DNA from: Spirochaetales bacterium
GTDB taxonomy: Bacteria; Spirochaetota; GWE2-31-10
NCBI GenBank assembly: GCA_022508205.1
Contig: JAFLVQ010000001.1
Span: 1-55,616, forward strand
Length of the DNA stretch: 55,616 bases
Reading direction: 5' to 3'
Shown here: positions 9,876-19,197 of the stretch, piece by piece
How positions within the stretch are numbered: position 1 is the first letter of the stretch
How the letters are laid out: every line of letters begins with the position of its first letter
Program-made: the position numbers and the translations under genes
Notes under the pieces: generated by a model
Databases searched by the model: none
Told to the model about the DNA's origin: nothing
The model's input: only the letters and a program-made list of their open reading frames with translations

Positions 9876-10535
9876 TTAAACAACTTCAATCGAAGATATT
9901 GTTTCCGATATTTGTTTATCATTAAAAAAGATACCTGCACTAGGATATTTTTCGTATTCAAACTTTTTACCGTTATATGAAAACTTCAATTTAAATGAAT
10001 GCAGATAGCCTCTGTCGGAAGGTGTGCCGTGATATAAAACATCTCCTAATATAGGCGAAGAAAGAGATTTCATGGCAACTCTTATCTGGTGAGTTTTCCC
10101 GGTTTCCGGCTTCAATAAAAATAAATATTTATCCTTGTATTTTAAGGAAGAAAAACGTGTTACTGCCGGATTGTCATGCGTTCTGGTTAATTTCCATTGT
10201 CCATTTCTTGATTTTTTCATGTCACCGGAAATCAACCCTTTTTTCTTTTTGGGTTTTTTATCCGAAAGCGCAATATAATATTTGCATACCTTTCCTGATG
10301 AAAATAACTCAGACAATACAGAAGCAGTTTTGGAACTTTTTGCCGCAACAATAATCCCCGATGTTATTTTATCGAGCCTATGAACGGCGTATAAGCGATA
10401 TTTTAAGTCTTCTTTCAATCTTTGAAACAGACCGACTTCATTGTTTTCCGAATGAAAACTAATATTTGGAAACTTATTCACAACAATAAAATCTTCATTA
10501 TCATCAATTATTTCATAACAAACAGTATCTTTCAT
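9876..10535 (-). CDS. RluA-family pseudouridine synthase
   Basis: 219 aa with catalytic motif HRLDKITSGIIVAAKS and a downstream ..GKTHQIR.. motif. Confidence 0.8.
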   Translation of the reverse strand: MKDTVCYEIIDDNEDFIVVNKFPNISFHSENNEVGLFQRLKEDLKYRLYAVHRLDKITSGIIVAAKSSKTASVLSELFSSGKVCKYYIALSDKKPKKKKGLISGDMKKSRNGQWKLTRTHDNPAVTRFSSLKYKDKYLFLLKPETGKTHQIRVAMKSLSSPILGDVLYHGTPSDRGYLHSFKLKFSYNGKKFEYEKYPSAGIFFNDKQISETISSIEVV

Positions 10536-11089
10536 ATTTCTTTTCCGCTCACAAAATGCACTTATATCTGTTTGAAATTTGTTCCTTTCCTGTAAAAAAA
10601 TTGCGCAACTCTGTTAATAACTTGTTCACATTTTTTTTCGCAATCGGAATTATATTACTTTCATGTGAATAACGCATTTAGTTTTTACCCGAGAAAATGC
10701 CAAACATTTCCAGTTTTTAACGGTTTTCTGCATTTTTTCCTTATTAAAAAGTCGACTGCAGCTGATAATCAGCTCCTCTTTAGAGTAGCTGTGAAATTAT
10801 TCAAAATTGTTAATAAGTTGTTAAATCCGTACGAATTTCAGTATATTCCTGTCAATAACACACTATGAAATTTTGTCGTATATTCTTATAACTTATTTTA
10901 TATAGGCTCATTATGCATATTAACATGTGAATGCCGAATGTGATTGTTAATAATTTGGAAAAAGATTTTTCTTTAATTCTTGTTAATAAGTTGCAAAAAA
11001 TCCCGATAGTAAAAAAGATGTACGTTTCGACAGCATAGTTATAAAAATTGAATTTAAACTTCTAATTTTTTCAACATAGGACAAGTGAC
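10536..11089. other. Candidate oriC, upstream DnaA-box cluster
   Basis: 554-bp non-coding, AT-rich gap at the point where gene orientation switches. Consensus DnaA box TTATTCACA is present (as TGTGAATAA, 10664-10672), with TTGTTCACA at 10622-10630. There are four copies of TGTTAATAA (10613, 10808, 10945, 10981). Confidence 0.6.
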
Positions 11090-12508
11090 ATGGATTATTC
11101 GATTTTCTGGACCGGAATCCAAGATGTATTAAAGCAGGAAATTCCGAACACATTTTTAACACAGCTGCAATATTTTTCTTTTCAGGAAGAAGATAATACA
11201 TTAACACTTGTCACACCTAATGAATTTTTGAAAGACTTCATATTTTCAAATTATAAAAGCATAATCGAAATGAAACTGATGCTGTGCTGGAATCAAAAAA
11301 TAACAGTCAATATTATTATTAATTCCAATTGTCAAACAGCGAAACCGGAAAAAGCAAAAGAGAAGACCGAAACTGAAGTAAAGCAGCAGGAAAAAAAAGA
11401 GTCCGACCAACAAAAAAATATTGTTGCTGCGGAAAGCAAACAATCTTCGGATAAAACATTTTCCGATAATGACGATGAATGCACTTTCGATTCGTTTCTT
11501 ACCGATGATACGAATGAATATGCATTCAGATTAGCACAAACCATTGCGGAAGAACCGGGAAATTCCAAAAGAAACCCGCTTTTTCTCTGGGGGGAAAGCG
11601 GAACGGGAAAAACTCATCTTATAAAAGCTATAAAACAGCGGGCCGAAAAATTATTTGCCGAAAAAAAAATCATATATGTAACGTCGGAGAATTTTCTCAA
11701 TGAATTTCTTGATTCCATAAGAAACAAAAACTCGGAACAAGACAAACCTAAAATTTTCAGAGAAAAATACAGGAGTTTGGATATTCTGCTTCTCGATGAT
11801 TTTCAGGCGTTATCGGGAAAAACAGCTTGCCTTAACGAACTTTTCAATACTTTCAACGAGCTTTATGACCACAAAACCCAAATGGTAATAACATGCGACC
11901 AGCCAATATCAAAAGTAAAAGACGTTGAAAAACGAATAAAAAGCCGCTTCAGTATGGGTACAACAGTAGAACTGAAACAACCTGATTATGAGCTGAAAAT
12001 GGCAATATTAAAAGAACTTGCCCAGCAGAATAATATGGAAATCAGCATAAAAAACATCGAATACATCTGCACTAATATTTCAGGAAATATAAGAGAAATA
12101 AAAGGTGCATTCCGGGATTTGCTTGCGTATACAAGCATAATGGGCATAAAAGAAATAACAAGCGACGTAATAAATAAATGTTTAAAAGATAAAATTACAG
12201 CGGTGAAATCTGTCGGCAATATATCAATCGACAAAATTATGGAAATAGTAGCAGTTTACTATGACTTGACTGTGTTGGATATACGCGGTAAAAAACGAAC
12301 TCAATCAATAGCAATAGCAAGACAAATCGCAATGTATCTAAGTACTCAATATACAAGACTTTCCACAACTCAAATAGGAAAATATTTCAACAAAGAACAT
12401 GCAACGATAATACACGCAGCTACAAAGATAAAAAAACGAATGGAAGAAGATAAAAAATTAAAATCGGAAGTAATCAACATAGAAAACAGAATAAAAGAAG
12501 GCGTTTGA
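11090..12508 (+). CDS. dnaA: Chromosomal replication initiator DnaA
   Basis: 472 aa. AAA+ Walker A GESGTGKTHL and a C-terminal DnaA-box binding domain (..IARQIAMYLS..KEHATIIHA..). Confidence 0.95.
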   Translation: MDYSIFWTGIQDVLKQEIPNTFLTQLQYFSFQEEDNTLTLVTPNEFLKDFIFSNYKSIIEMKLMLCWNQKITVNIIINSNCQTAKPEKAKEKTETEVKQQEKKESDQQKNIVAAESKQSSDKTFSDNDDECTFDSFLTDDTNEYAFRLAQTIAEEPGNSKRNPLFLWGESGTGKTHLIKAIKQRAEKLFAEKKIIYVTSENFLNEFLDSIRNKNSEQDKPKIFREKYRSLDILLLDDFQALSGKTACLNELFNTFNELYDHKTQMVITCDQPISKVKDVEKRIKSRFSMGTTVELKQPDYELKMAILKELAQQNNMEISIKNIEYICTNISGNIREIKGAFRDLLAYTSIMGIKEITSDVINKCLKDKITAVKSVGNISIDKIMEIVAVYYDLTVLDIRGKKRTQSIAIARQIAMYLSTQYTRLSTTQIGKYFNKEHATIIHAATKIKKRMEEDKKLKSEVINIENRIKEGV

Positions 12509-12766
12509 ACACTGAAAGAATAGTCTACAAAAAATATTTTATATAACTTGTTCAATAAGAATGAATAAAATGTTAAAAGAATTATTTCTGTGAATAGTGT
12601 TTATAACCGGAAAATTTTATAAACAAGTTTTTTCCGACAGTAAATTAGCTATATAAAACTATTTATCCGTGTTATAAACATATCAACAGACACTACTATT
12701 ACTTCTACTGAATTTAAATAAATTTAGAAATAATAGAGAAAGTCAATAACCAGCAAAGAGGTAACA
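12509..12766. other. Second DnaA-box-like cluster (dnaA-dnaN spacer)
   Basis: TGTGAATAG (12589-12597, the reverse complement of CTATTCACA), TTATCCGTG (12663-12671) and TTATAAACA twice (12617-12625, 12672-12680) within 258 bp of AT-rich spacer. Confidence 0.4.
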
Positions 12767-13876
12767 ATGAAATTTTTTTGTTCTATTGAAAGTTTAAACA
12801 AAATATTGGGTATATGCGAAAGCGTAATATCATCGAAAAACAGTATAACAATATTATCAAATATTTATATAAAAGCAAAAGACAACCGATTGACTGTAAA
12901 AGCATGTGATACATTGATAAGTTTTTACGGAGAAATAGGTGCCGATATAGAAGAAGAAGGCGAAATCTGCGTGAACTCGAACAAACTTTATTCCATCGCA
13001 AGAAAACTGCCTTCGGAAGAAATCGAAATCCAAAGCGACTCCGACTTGAATATTCAAATAAAAGCAAAAGGCAAAAATAATTTACGTTACAACTTGAAAG
13101 GCATATCACCCGATAAATTCCCGGAAATACTTGATACATCAAATATCAATTACTTCAGCATCAAAAAAGAGACATTCTCCGACATGGTAAACAAAACAAA
13201 ATTTGCCGTATCGCAAAACGACAACAGAAAATTCGCAATAGGAACTCTTTTTGAATACGACAGCGACAAATTGAGAATGGTTACTACCGACGGAAAAAGG
13301 CTTGCAAAAGTAGAAAAGGAAGTCGATATTAAAAAAACGTTTGAAAAGGTCGTTGTTCCGCCCAAAATACTGCAGGAATCCTTAAAACTATGTTCTGGTG
13401 ATGACAAAGGCGATTTGAAAATGGGAATAACCGAGAAAGAAATCTTTATAAATGTAGACAATTGTTTTTTTATATCAAATCTTCTCGATTCCGGTTTTCC
13501 GAGTTACCAATCTGTCATTCCGACAAATTTATCGAAAAGTTTTAAAGTGAACAGAAAAGAATTCAGGGACGCTATCGAAAGAGTCAGTGTAATGGGCGAG
13601 AAAGATACGCATAAAGTTATTATTTCATTGGATGCGGATAAAATGAAAATCTACAGTGAAAATATGACATACGGAGACGGAGAAGAAACTATCGATATTC
13701 AGTACGAAGGCGAACCGATAAAAATAGCGTTCAATTACAGTTATATAACAGATGTTATAAGCGTTTTAAAAAATGACAACATGATTCTGAAATTCAATAA
13801 TGCATCAAGTACAATTGTTATAAATGAGGAAGATAACTCAGATTATATTTATATAATGATGCCTATGAGCGTTTAA
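12767..13876 (+). CDS. dnaN: DNA polymerase III beta sliding clamp
   Basis: 369 aa with three-domain clamp-like length and sequence. Sits immediately after dnaA. Confidence 0.92.
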   Translation: MKFFCSIESLNKILGICESVISSKNSITILSNIYIKAKDNRLTVKACDTLISFYGEIGADIEEEGEICVNSNKLYSIARKLPSEEIEIQSDSDLNIQIKAKGKNNLRYNLKGISPDKFPEILDTSNINYFSIKKETFSDMVNKTKFAVSQNDNRKFAIGTLFEYDSDKLRMVTTDGKRLAKVEKEVDIKKTFEKVVVPPKILQESLKLCSGDDKGDLKMGITEKEIFINVDNCFFISNLLDSGFPSYQSVIPTNLSKSFKVNRKEFRDAIERVSVMGEKDTHKVIISLDADKMKIYSENMTYGDGEETIDIQYEGEPIKIAFNYSYITDVISVLKNDNMILKFNNASSTIVINEEDNSDYIYIMMPMSV

Positions 13877-14962
13877 TTGTTTTTAACACATCTGCAGGCA
13901 TCGAATTTCAGAAATTATAAAACGCTTGATTTATCTTTTAACGAACAAAAAAACATCAATCTGATAGTTGCCAAAAACGGAATGGGTAAATCGAATTTTC
14001 TCGAAATGCTTTATTACTTATCTCATTTGCGAGCGTTCAGAAATGCATCGGATAAAGATTTGATCCTGCACGGACAAAATAATTTTCATCTTTTTTGTGA
14101 ATATGAAAACAAAGGTATTCACGGCAATGTGAGAGTTACATATTCCGGCAAGAAGGAAATTTTGCTTGATGACAAAAAAATAGTTAAACATTCTCAAATC
14201 CTGGGGAAACTGCAAACTGTTTTCTTCGGAAGCAACGATATTTCCATAATTTCGGGAACTCCAGTGGAAAGAAGAGTTTTTTTTGATATTTTTTTGTCGA
14301 TAATCGATTCCGATTATCTTACAGCTTTAAGAACATACGGCCTCTTAGTGAAACAAAAAAATGCATTAATTAAAAGCAAGCGAAACGATATTCTTTCTTT
14401 TTTTGATACGCAAATTGCAGATGTAGCTTTTCTGCTTATGACAAAAAGAAAACTGCTTATTGAAAAAGTCAGCAAATTATTTTCGACAGTATTTAAAGAT
14501 ATAGGAAATTTTAAAGATACTGCTTTTATCAAATACAATTCATCTTTTGAAAGAGAATTTGGTTCGGCAAAAGAACTTTTGGATTATATTTTATATCAGG
14601 ATAAATTCGATTTTGACAGAGGTTATTGTATTTTAGGACCGCATAAAGACAATTATTACTTTATTTTGAATAATACGGTTTTTTCTAAATATGCATCTTT
14701 GGGACAAATCAGATTGGGGGCTCTTGTTTTGAAATTAGTGCAAGCCATGTGCTATGAGGAGAAATTTAAAACAACTCCGATTCTTTTGCTTGATGATGTC
14801 ATTTTGGAACTTGACAGTGAAAAACAAAAGCGTTTTCTTGATAAAATCTGCGGTAAATATCAACTTTTTATAACGTTGACAGATGAAAGATGTAAGAATT
14901 TTTTCGATAATCAAAATGCAGTTGAAATAATAAAGGTTAGTAATGGCTCGATACTTCAATAA
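13877..14962 (+). CDS. recF: DNA replication and repair protein RecF
   Basis: 361 aa. Walker A AKNGMGKSNFLE, signature region ..ASLGQ.., and Walker B LLLDDV. TTG start abuts the dnaN stop. Confidence 0.9.
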   Translation: MFLTHLQASNFRNYKTLDLSFNEQKNINLIVAKNGMGKSNFLEMLYYLSHLRAFRNASDKDLILHGQNNFHLFCEYENKGIHGNVRVTYSGKKEILLDDKKIVKHSQILGKLQTVFFGSNDISIISGTPVERRVFFDIFLSIIDSDYLTALRTYGLLVKQKNALIKSKRNDILSFFDTQIADVAFLLMTKRKLLIEKVSKLFSTVFKDIGNFKDTAFIKYNSSFEREFGSAKELLDYILYQDKFDFDRGYCILGPHKDNYYFILNNTVFSKYASLGQIRLGALVLKLVQAMCYEEKFKTTPILLLDDVILELDSEKQKRFLDKICGKYQLFITLTDERCKNFFDNQNAVEIIKVSNGSILQ

Positions 14963-15287
14963 AAATTTTTATAATATAGCATCTGTTAAAGATGAAATAT
15001 CTGATTTGTTAAAATTTACTAATAGTTCTGTTTATTGGATGTTTAAAATTGAAAATGTGAAGAGTATTTGGGGCGAAATCGTCGGTGAAAAATTGAGCAG
15101 TTTAACATATCCCGAATATATTTATAAAAATACATTGTGTGTTTACTGCAGACACGCGGCTTTATTTCAAAGCATGAATTTTTATAAAGGTGAAATAATA
15201 AAGAAGATAAGAGCAAAAATACCCGATTTAAAAATCGATGATATTTATTTTTCTATGAAAAAGAAAGAAAATAGAAGTAAGTCTTGA
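14943..15287 (+). CDS. DUF721 (DciA-like) protein
   Basis: 114 aa, overlapping the recF end by 20 nt. Size and the position after recF are typical of DUF721. Family assignment is from context plus general resemblance. Confidence 0.55.
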   Translation: MARYFNKNFYNIASVKDEISDLLKFTNSSVYWMFKIENVKSIWGEIVGEKLSSLTYPEYIYKNTLCVYCRHAALFQSMNFYKGEIIKKIRAKIPDLKIDDIYFSMKKKENRSKS

Positions 15288-15313
15288 CATATTTTTATAG
15301 AAAATGCTATGTT
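15284..15313 (+). promoter_or_regulatory. Putative sigma70-type promoter for rpmH-rnpA-yidD-yidC-jag
   Basis: TTGACA (15284-15289), 18-nt spacer, TATGTT (15308-15313), about 44 nt upstream of the rpmH ATG. Confidence 0.35.
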
Positions 15314-15356
15314 CCGTCCGAAATTTTGAATAAATAATGTGGGAGATTTTATATAT

Positions 15357-15494
15357 ATGAAAATGACTTATCAACCGTCTAAAATTAAAAGAGTTAGAAC
15401 TCATGGATTTAGAGCAAGAATGGCTACAAAAAAAGGTCGTTTGGTATTAAAAAGAAGAAGAGCAAAAGGAAGAAAACAATTAACAAGAGTTTAA
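15357..15494 (+). CDS. rpmH: 50S ribosomal protein L34
   Basis: Not in the ORF track because it is under 60 aa. Hand translation gives [54 protein letters not shown] lies upstream. Classic L34 sequence directly before rnpA. Confidence 0.92.
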   Translation: MKMTYQPSKIKRVRTHGFRARMATKKGRLVLKRRRAKGRKQLTRV

Positions 15495-15503
15495 TTTTAT
15501 ATT

Positions 15504-15851
15504 TTGAAAAAATTCAGACGTTGTGAAAAGTTAAAAAAGAAGAAAGATTTTGATTCAATTTTTCAAAGTAAGTTTTCTCTTTTTAGAAGAACTTCTAATT
15601 ATAATTTTATTTATAAGCAAAATTCTTTTGGTTTTTTGCGAATTGGAATTATAGCAAAAAAAAATATAGGATGCGCTGTTGTGAGGAATCATGAGAAAAG
15701 ACTTGTAAGAGAATTTTTCAGACTGCTGGAGGATGATTTTAAGTCTGTTTCTTATGATTTTGTTTGTATTATAAAAAAGAGTTCTTTTCCTGATGATAAA
15801 AAAGCTTTAGATTTTGAGGATTTTATTAAAAGTTTGCAGAGGGGGATATAA
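15504..15851 (+). CDS. rnpA: Ribonuclease P protein component
   Basis: 115 aa, basic, with ..[13 protein letters not shown].. (RNR-like motif). Sits between rpmH and yidD. TTG start. Confidence 0.8.
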   Translation: MKKFRRCEKLKKKKDFDSIFQSKFSLFRRTSNYNFIYKQNSFGFLRIGIIAKKNIGCAVVRNHEKRLVREFFRLLEDDFKSVSYDFVCIIKKSSFPDDKKALDFEDFIKSLQRGI

Positions 15852-15871
15852 TAAAAAAAGTAATTCTTTTT

Positions 15872-16060
15872 ATGATATCCCTTTATCAATGTTATATATC
15901 CCCACTTTTCCCTTCTTCATGTCGATTTTGTCCGTCTTGCTCTGAATATGCGAAGCAGGCTTTTGAAAAGTATAATTTTTTGAAAGCTTTAATTTTAACA
16001 ATTTGGCGTATATTACGCTGTAATCCATTTTCTAAAGGTGGATATGACCCGTTGCCATAA
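15872..16060 (+). CDS. yidD: Membrane protein insertion efficiency factor YidD
   Basis: 62 aa. [24 protein letters not shown] matches the YidD signature. Confidence 0.88.
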   Translation: MISLYQCYISPLFPSSCRFCPSCSEYAKQAFEKYNFLKALILTIWRILRCNPFSKGGYDPLP

Positions 16061-16072
16061 AGAGGAAAGTAT

Positions 16073-17812
16073 ATGGATAGTGCAAATAAGACGTTTTTTA
16101 TAATGGTTATTTTAACCATAATTTGTTTCGGAATTACTCTGTATCAATTTTTTAATCCTAAAGAAAATAACGAAATATCTGCCGGCGAATCAGTCGCAAG
16201 CGATAAACAAAATAATACAATTGCGGAAAGTCAGAATAAGTTTATTTTAAAAACCGATTCAGAACCAATCAGTACCGATATTATTTATGAAAACAATAAA
16301 TTGAAAGTTATCTTTGATTCAACAAAAGGCGAAATTTCCAATATTTTAGTAAAGACCTCTGAAAATAAATCTTCCGATATTGTCAGAGGGAATGGCGATT
16401 ATAATGCATTGAAACTGAAATTAGGTTCATGGAAAAACGGTATAGATATAAATACTTTATTTGATGAAGATTCTATTTACGCTTTTAGCAATGAAGAAAA
16501 TAAATATACTTTTTCTTGTGAATTCAGTTCCGGCGAAGGCGCAGATGAGATTGTTTATAAAATTGAGAAAATATACACGTTTTTTGATGATGAAAATGTT
16601 TTTCATTTAGAAGTAAAATTATCGAATAACAGAAATAAAACTATGAGATTCGATTCTTCTTCAAATGTTTTTTCATTGGGATGGGGACCGAGTTTAGGTG
16701 AAAATGAAAAGTTAAATGAACGCTATGATATGTTTAAATATTTGTCAAACGGAAAAATAGTAACTATTAATTCAAAAAATAAACTTTTCAAAGGAACCAA
16801 TGGATCAGCATCTTTTAGAAAATCATTGAAAGATTCTTGGATAGCTTCTGACAGTCATTATTTTACTTCCGTTATTATTCCCGACGGAAATGAGTATGAC
16901 TGTTTTTTTGATTACAGCAAATCTTTGGATAATCTGTATTATTGCGGCTTTTCGCTTATTTCAAACAAGTCGGTTATTAATACGGGATTTTCTGTTTACT
17001 GCGGACCTAAATCAGCTAAAATTTTGAAAAAATACGATGATTTTAAGAATGATACTATTTATTTATCAAAAACGGAGCTGTCGAAAATTTCTCCGCCAAT
17101 AGTGTGGGGGCTTGGCAATATTTTGGGCTGGTGTCTTATAGTTTTGTATTCTTTAGTGAAAAATTACGGACTGGCAATTATAATATTGACGATAATTTTA
17201 AAAGCTCTTCTATCGCCTTTGATGATAAACAGTATGAAAAGTTCTCAAAAAATGAGAGCTTTGCAGCCTAAGTTATCGGAACTTCAAGCGAAGTATAAAG
17301 ATAAACCCGAAATGCTGAATCAAAAAACAATGGAATTGTACAAAAAAGCCGGCTTTAATCCTATGTCCGGATGTTTGCCTATGCTGCTTCAAATGCCGTT
17401 TTTATTTGCAATGTACCAGTTATTGGACAGAATGTTTGAACTTAAAGGCGCAAATTTTTTATGGATACATGATTTGTCTATGCCGGATGCGTTGATTACC
17501 TTCGGTTTTACAATACCTTTGCTTAATATTAATTCTCTTAATATATTACCGATAGTAATGGTAATTTCGCAAATCCTCCAGAGTTTGCTCACTCCCGGAA
17601 TGGAAAGTAATCCACAGGCTAAAATGATGCTTTGGCTTATGCCTTTGATGTTTTTCTTTTTCTTCTATAATGTTTCGTCCGGTTTGGTTTTATATTGGAC
17701 TGTAATGAATTTGCTTGGAATAATCCAGCAGCTGATTATGAATAAAACGCTGACTGTTTCACCGGACAATGATAAGTTATTGCATGATGTGAAGAAGAAA
17801 AAAATGAAATAA
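16073..17812 (+). CDS. yidC: Membrane protein insertase YidC (long, diderm-type)
   Basis: 579 aa. One N-terminal TM, a periplasmic domain of about 330 aa, and a conserved C-terminal five-TM core (..KMRALQPKL..MELYKKAGFNPMSGCLPMLLQMP..). Confidence 0.92.
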   Translation: MDSANKTFFIMVILTIICFGITLYQFFNPKENNEISAGESVASDKQNNTIAESQNKFILKTDSEPISTDIIYENNKLKVIFDSTKGEISNILVKTSENKSSDIVRGNGDYNALKLKLGSWKNGIDINTLFDEDSIYAFSNEENKYTFSCEFSSGEGADEIVYKIEKIYTFFDDENVFHLEVKLSNNRNKTMRFDSSSNVFSLGWGPSLGENEKLNERYDMFKYLSNGKIVTINSKNKLFKGTNGSASFRKSLKDSWIASDSHYFTSVIIPDGNEYDCFFDYSKSLDNLYYCGFSLISNKSVINTGFSVYCGPKSAKILKKYDDFKNDTIYLSKTELSKISPPIVWGLGNILGWCLIVLYSLVKNYGLAIIILTIILKALLSPLMINSMKSSQKMRALQPKLSELQAKYKDKPEMLNQKTMELYKKAGFNPMSGCLPMLLQMPFLFAMYQLLDRMFELKGANFLWIHDLSMPDALITFGFTIPLLNINSLNILPIVMVISQILQSLLTPGMESNPQAKMMLWLMPLMFFFFFYNVSSGLVLYWTVMNLLGIIQQLIMNKTLTVSPDNDKLLHDVKKKKMK

Positions 17813-17846
17813 GAAAAAAATTCTCTAAATAAAAGGAGTTTCTTAT

Positions 17847-18485
17847 ATGATAGAAAGAGATTTTACCGGAAAATCTGAAGATGAAACAATTTCTGCGGCT
17901 CTCGATTTATTAAAATTGAAAAGAGAGCAAGTTACAATTAAAGTTGAAAATAAGGGTGGCTTTTTAGGATTAGGTAAAAAAGAGGTAATAGTAAAAATTT
18001 CTTATGATGATGATTTGTCATTTGCTAACCGAAGTTTAATGCTTGTTAAAGAATTATTGGAAAGAATGGATATCGAAGCTAAGATTTATCTTATGGAAGA
18101 AGATGATGAAAAAGTTTTAATTGATATTGATGCTAAAGACGATTCAGCAATTTTAATAGGAAAACAAGGAAAGACTCTTGAAGCTATTCAAACGATAGTT
18201 AATGTAATTATGAATAAAGATTATTCGGTATGGACCAAAGTAATTATCGATACGTGCGGTTATAGAGAACGCAGAGAACGTAGTTTGAAGAAAATAGCTC
18301 AAGATGCGGCGAAACAGGTGAAAAGAAATAAAAAATCTTTATTGCTGGAACCTATGAATCCCTTTGAAAGGAGAATAGTTCACATGACATTGAAAAATGT
18401 TGAACAAATAGATACAATTTCTGAAGGTGAAGGAACTATAAAACGTGTGAAAGTTCTTTATCAAGAAGAAATTACCGAAAAATAA
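17847..18485 (+). CDS. jag: Jag/KhpB RNA-binding protein (Jag_N, KH, R3H)
   Basis: 212 aa. Conserved position after yidC, with the R3H-type C-terminus ..LEPMNPFERRIVHMTL... Confidence 0.8.
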   Translation: MIERDFTGKSEDETISAALDLLKLKREQVTIKVENKGGFLGLGKKEVIVKISYDDDLSFANRSLMLVKELLERMDIEAKIYLMEEDDEKVLIDIDAKDDSAILIGKQGKTLEAIQTIVNVIMNKDYSVWTKVIIDTCGYRERRERSLKKIAQDAAKQVKRNKKSLLLEPMNPFERRIVHMTLKNVEQIDTISEGEGTIKRVKVLYQEEITEK

Positions 18486-18497
18486 GCGTGAAATATA

Positions 18498-18526
18498 AAG
18501 TAGCACTCAGTATGCTACTTTTTTTA
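18498..18526 (+). terminator. Rho-independent terminator after jag
   Basis: AAGTAGCA-ctcagta-TGCTACTT hairpin followed by a T-run at 18519-18526. Confidence 0.5.
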
Positions 18527-18540
18527 TTAGGAGAGGTAAC

Positions 18541-19197
18541 TTGTTTGGAAAAGACAATAAAATAATAGCGTTTTCATATTTTAACTTTTTATTTGCTTCG
18601 TTTTTGTCAAAACGTGATATTTCATTTTTCAGATTGGATTTGCGTGAAGTTGCAAATTTATGCGGAATGAATGACATTTCTTTGTTAAAAGAAAATGATA
18701 TTAAAACCATAACTCGTACTTACAATGGGAAAATTCCTTTGGTTGTTGATGTACCGGTTGTTTCGTTGTTGTCAAAGAATGAGATAAGTCTTGAAAAAAT
18801 GTTTGCATTTGCTGATGCGACGAATGCGGATTACTTGTCACTGAATCTGAATTATTTTGATTTTGATGTGGTTAAAAAAGGGAATCTTCTCGGCTTAAAA
18901 TTTATAGGTTATTCGGTTCAAGATAATTCGTCTGTTGATTTTATAAAGGAAAAGTCTTTGGAATTTCAATCAGCCGGAGGAAACTTATTGATACTTGAAG
19001 ATTATTCTGAAGCATTTGTGAAAATGATTCATTCGACGTTGAATATTCCCGTAATTTCCGAAACCGGAAAAAATTGTGACGGAAATTATATTCGAGTAGA
19101 TAAAATGCTGGGACTTGCCGAAACCGAAAGTGATGTTAATATAAGAAAGATATTTCTTGATACAGCAGACGAAAAAATCTTCAAAATAAAAAAATGA
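18541..19197 (+). CDS. Divergent PanB (ketopantoate hydroxymethyltransferase)-like protein, probably non-catalytic
   Basis: 218 aa. TTG start preceded by a GGAGAGG RBS. The C-terminal half (..SAGGNLLILEDYSEAFVKMIHSTLNIPVISETGKNCDGNYIRVDKMLGL..) resembles the PanB segment ..AAGAQLLVLECVP..IPVIGIGAG..DGQILV.HD..G recalled from E. coli PanB. Confidence 0.45.
   Translation: MFGKDNKIIAFSYFNFLFASFLSKRDISFFRLDLREVANLCGMNDISLLKENDIKTITRTYNGKIPLVVDVPVVSLLSKNEISLEKMFAFADATNADYLSLNLNYFDFDVVKKGNLLGLKFIGYSVQDNSSVDFIKEKSLEFQSAGGNLLILEDYSEAFVKMIHSTLNIPVISETGKNCDGNYIRVDKMLGLAETESDVNIRKIFLDTADEKIFKIKK

Noticed and set aside
10665-11207. Short ORFs (67 aa plus strand, 74 aa minus strand) in the gap upstream of dnaA
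   Set aside because: They fall within the AT-rich origin region containing DnaA boxes, have no RBS, are low in complexity, and one overlaps the dnaA start.
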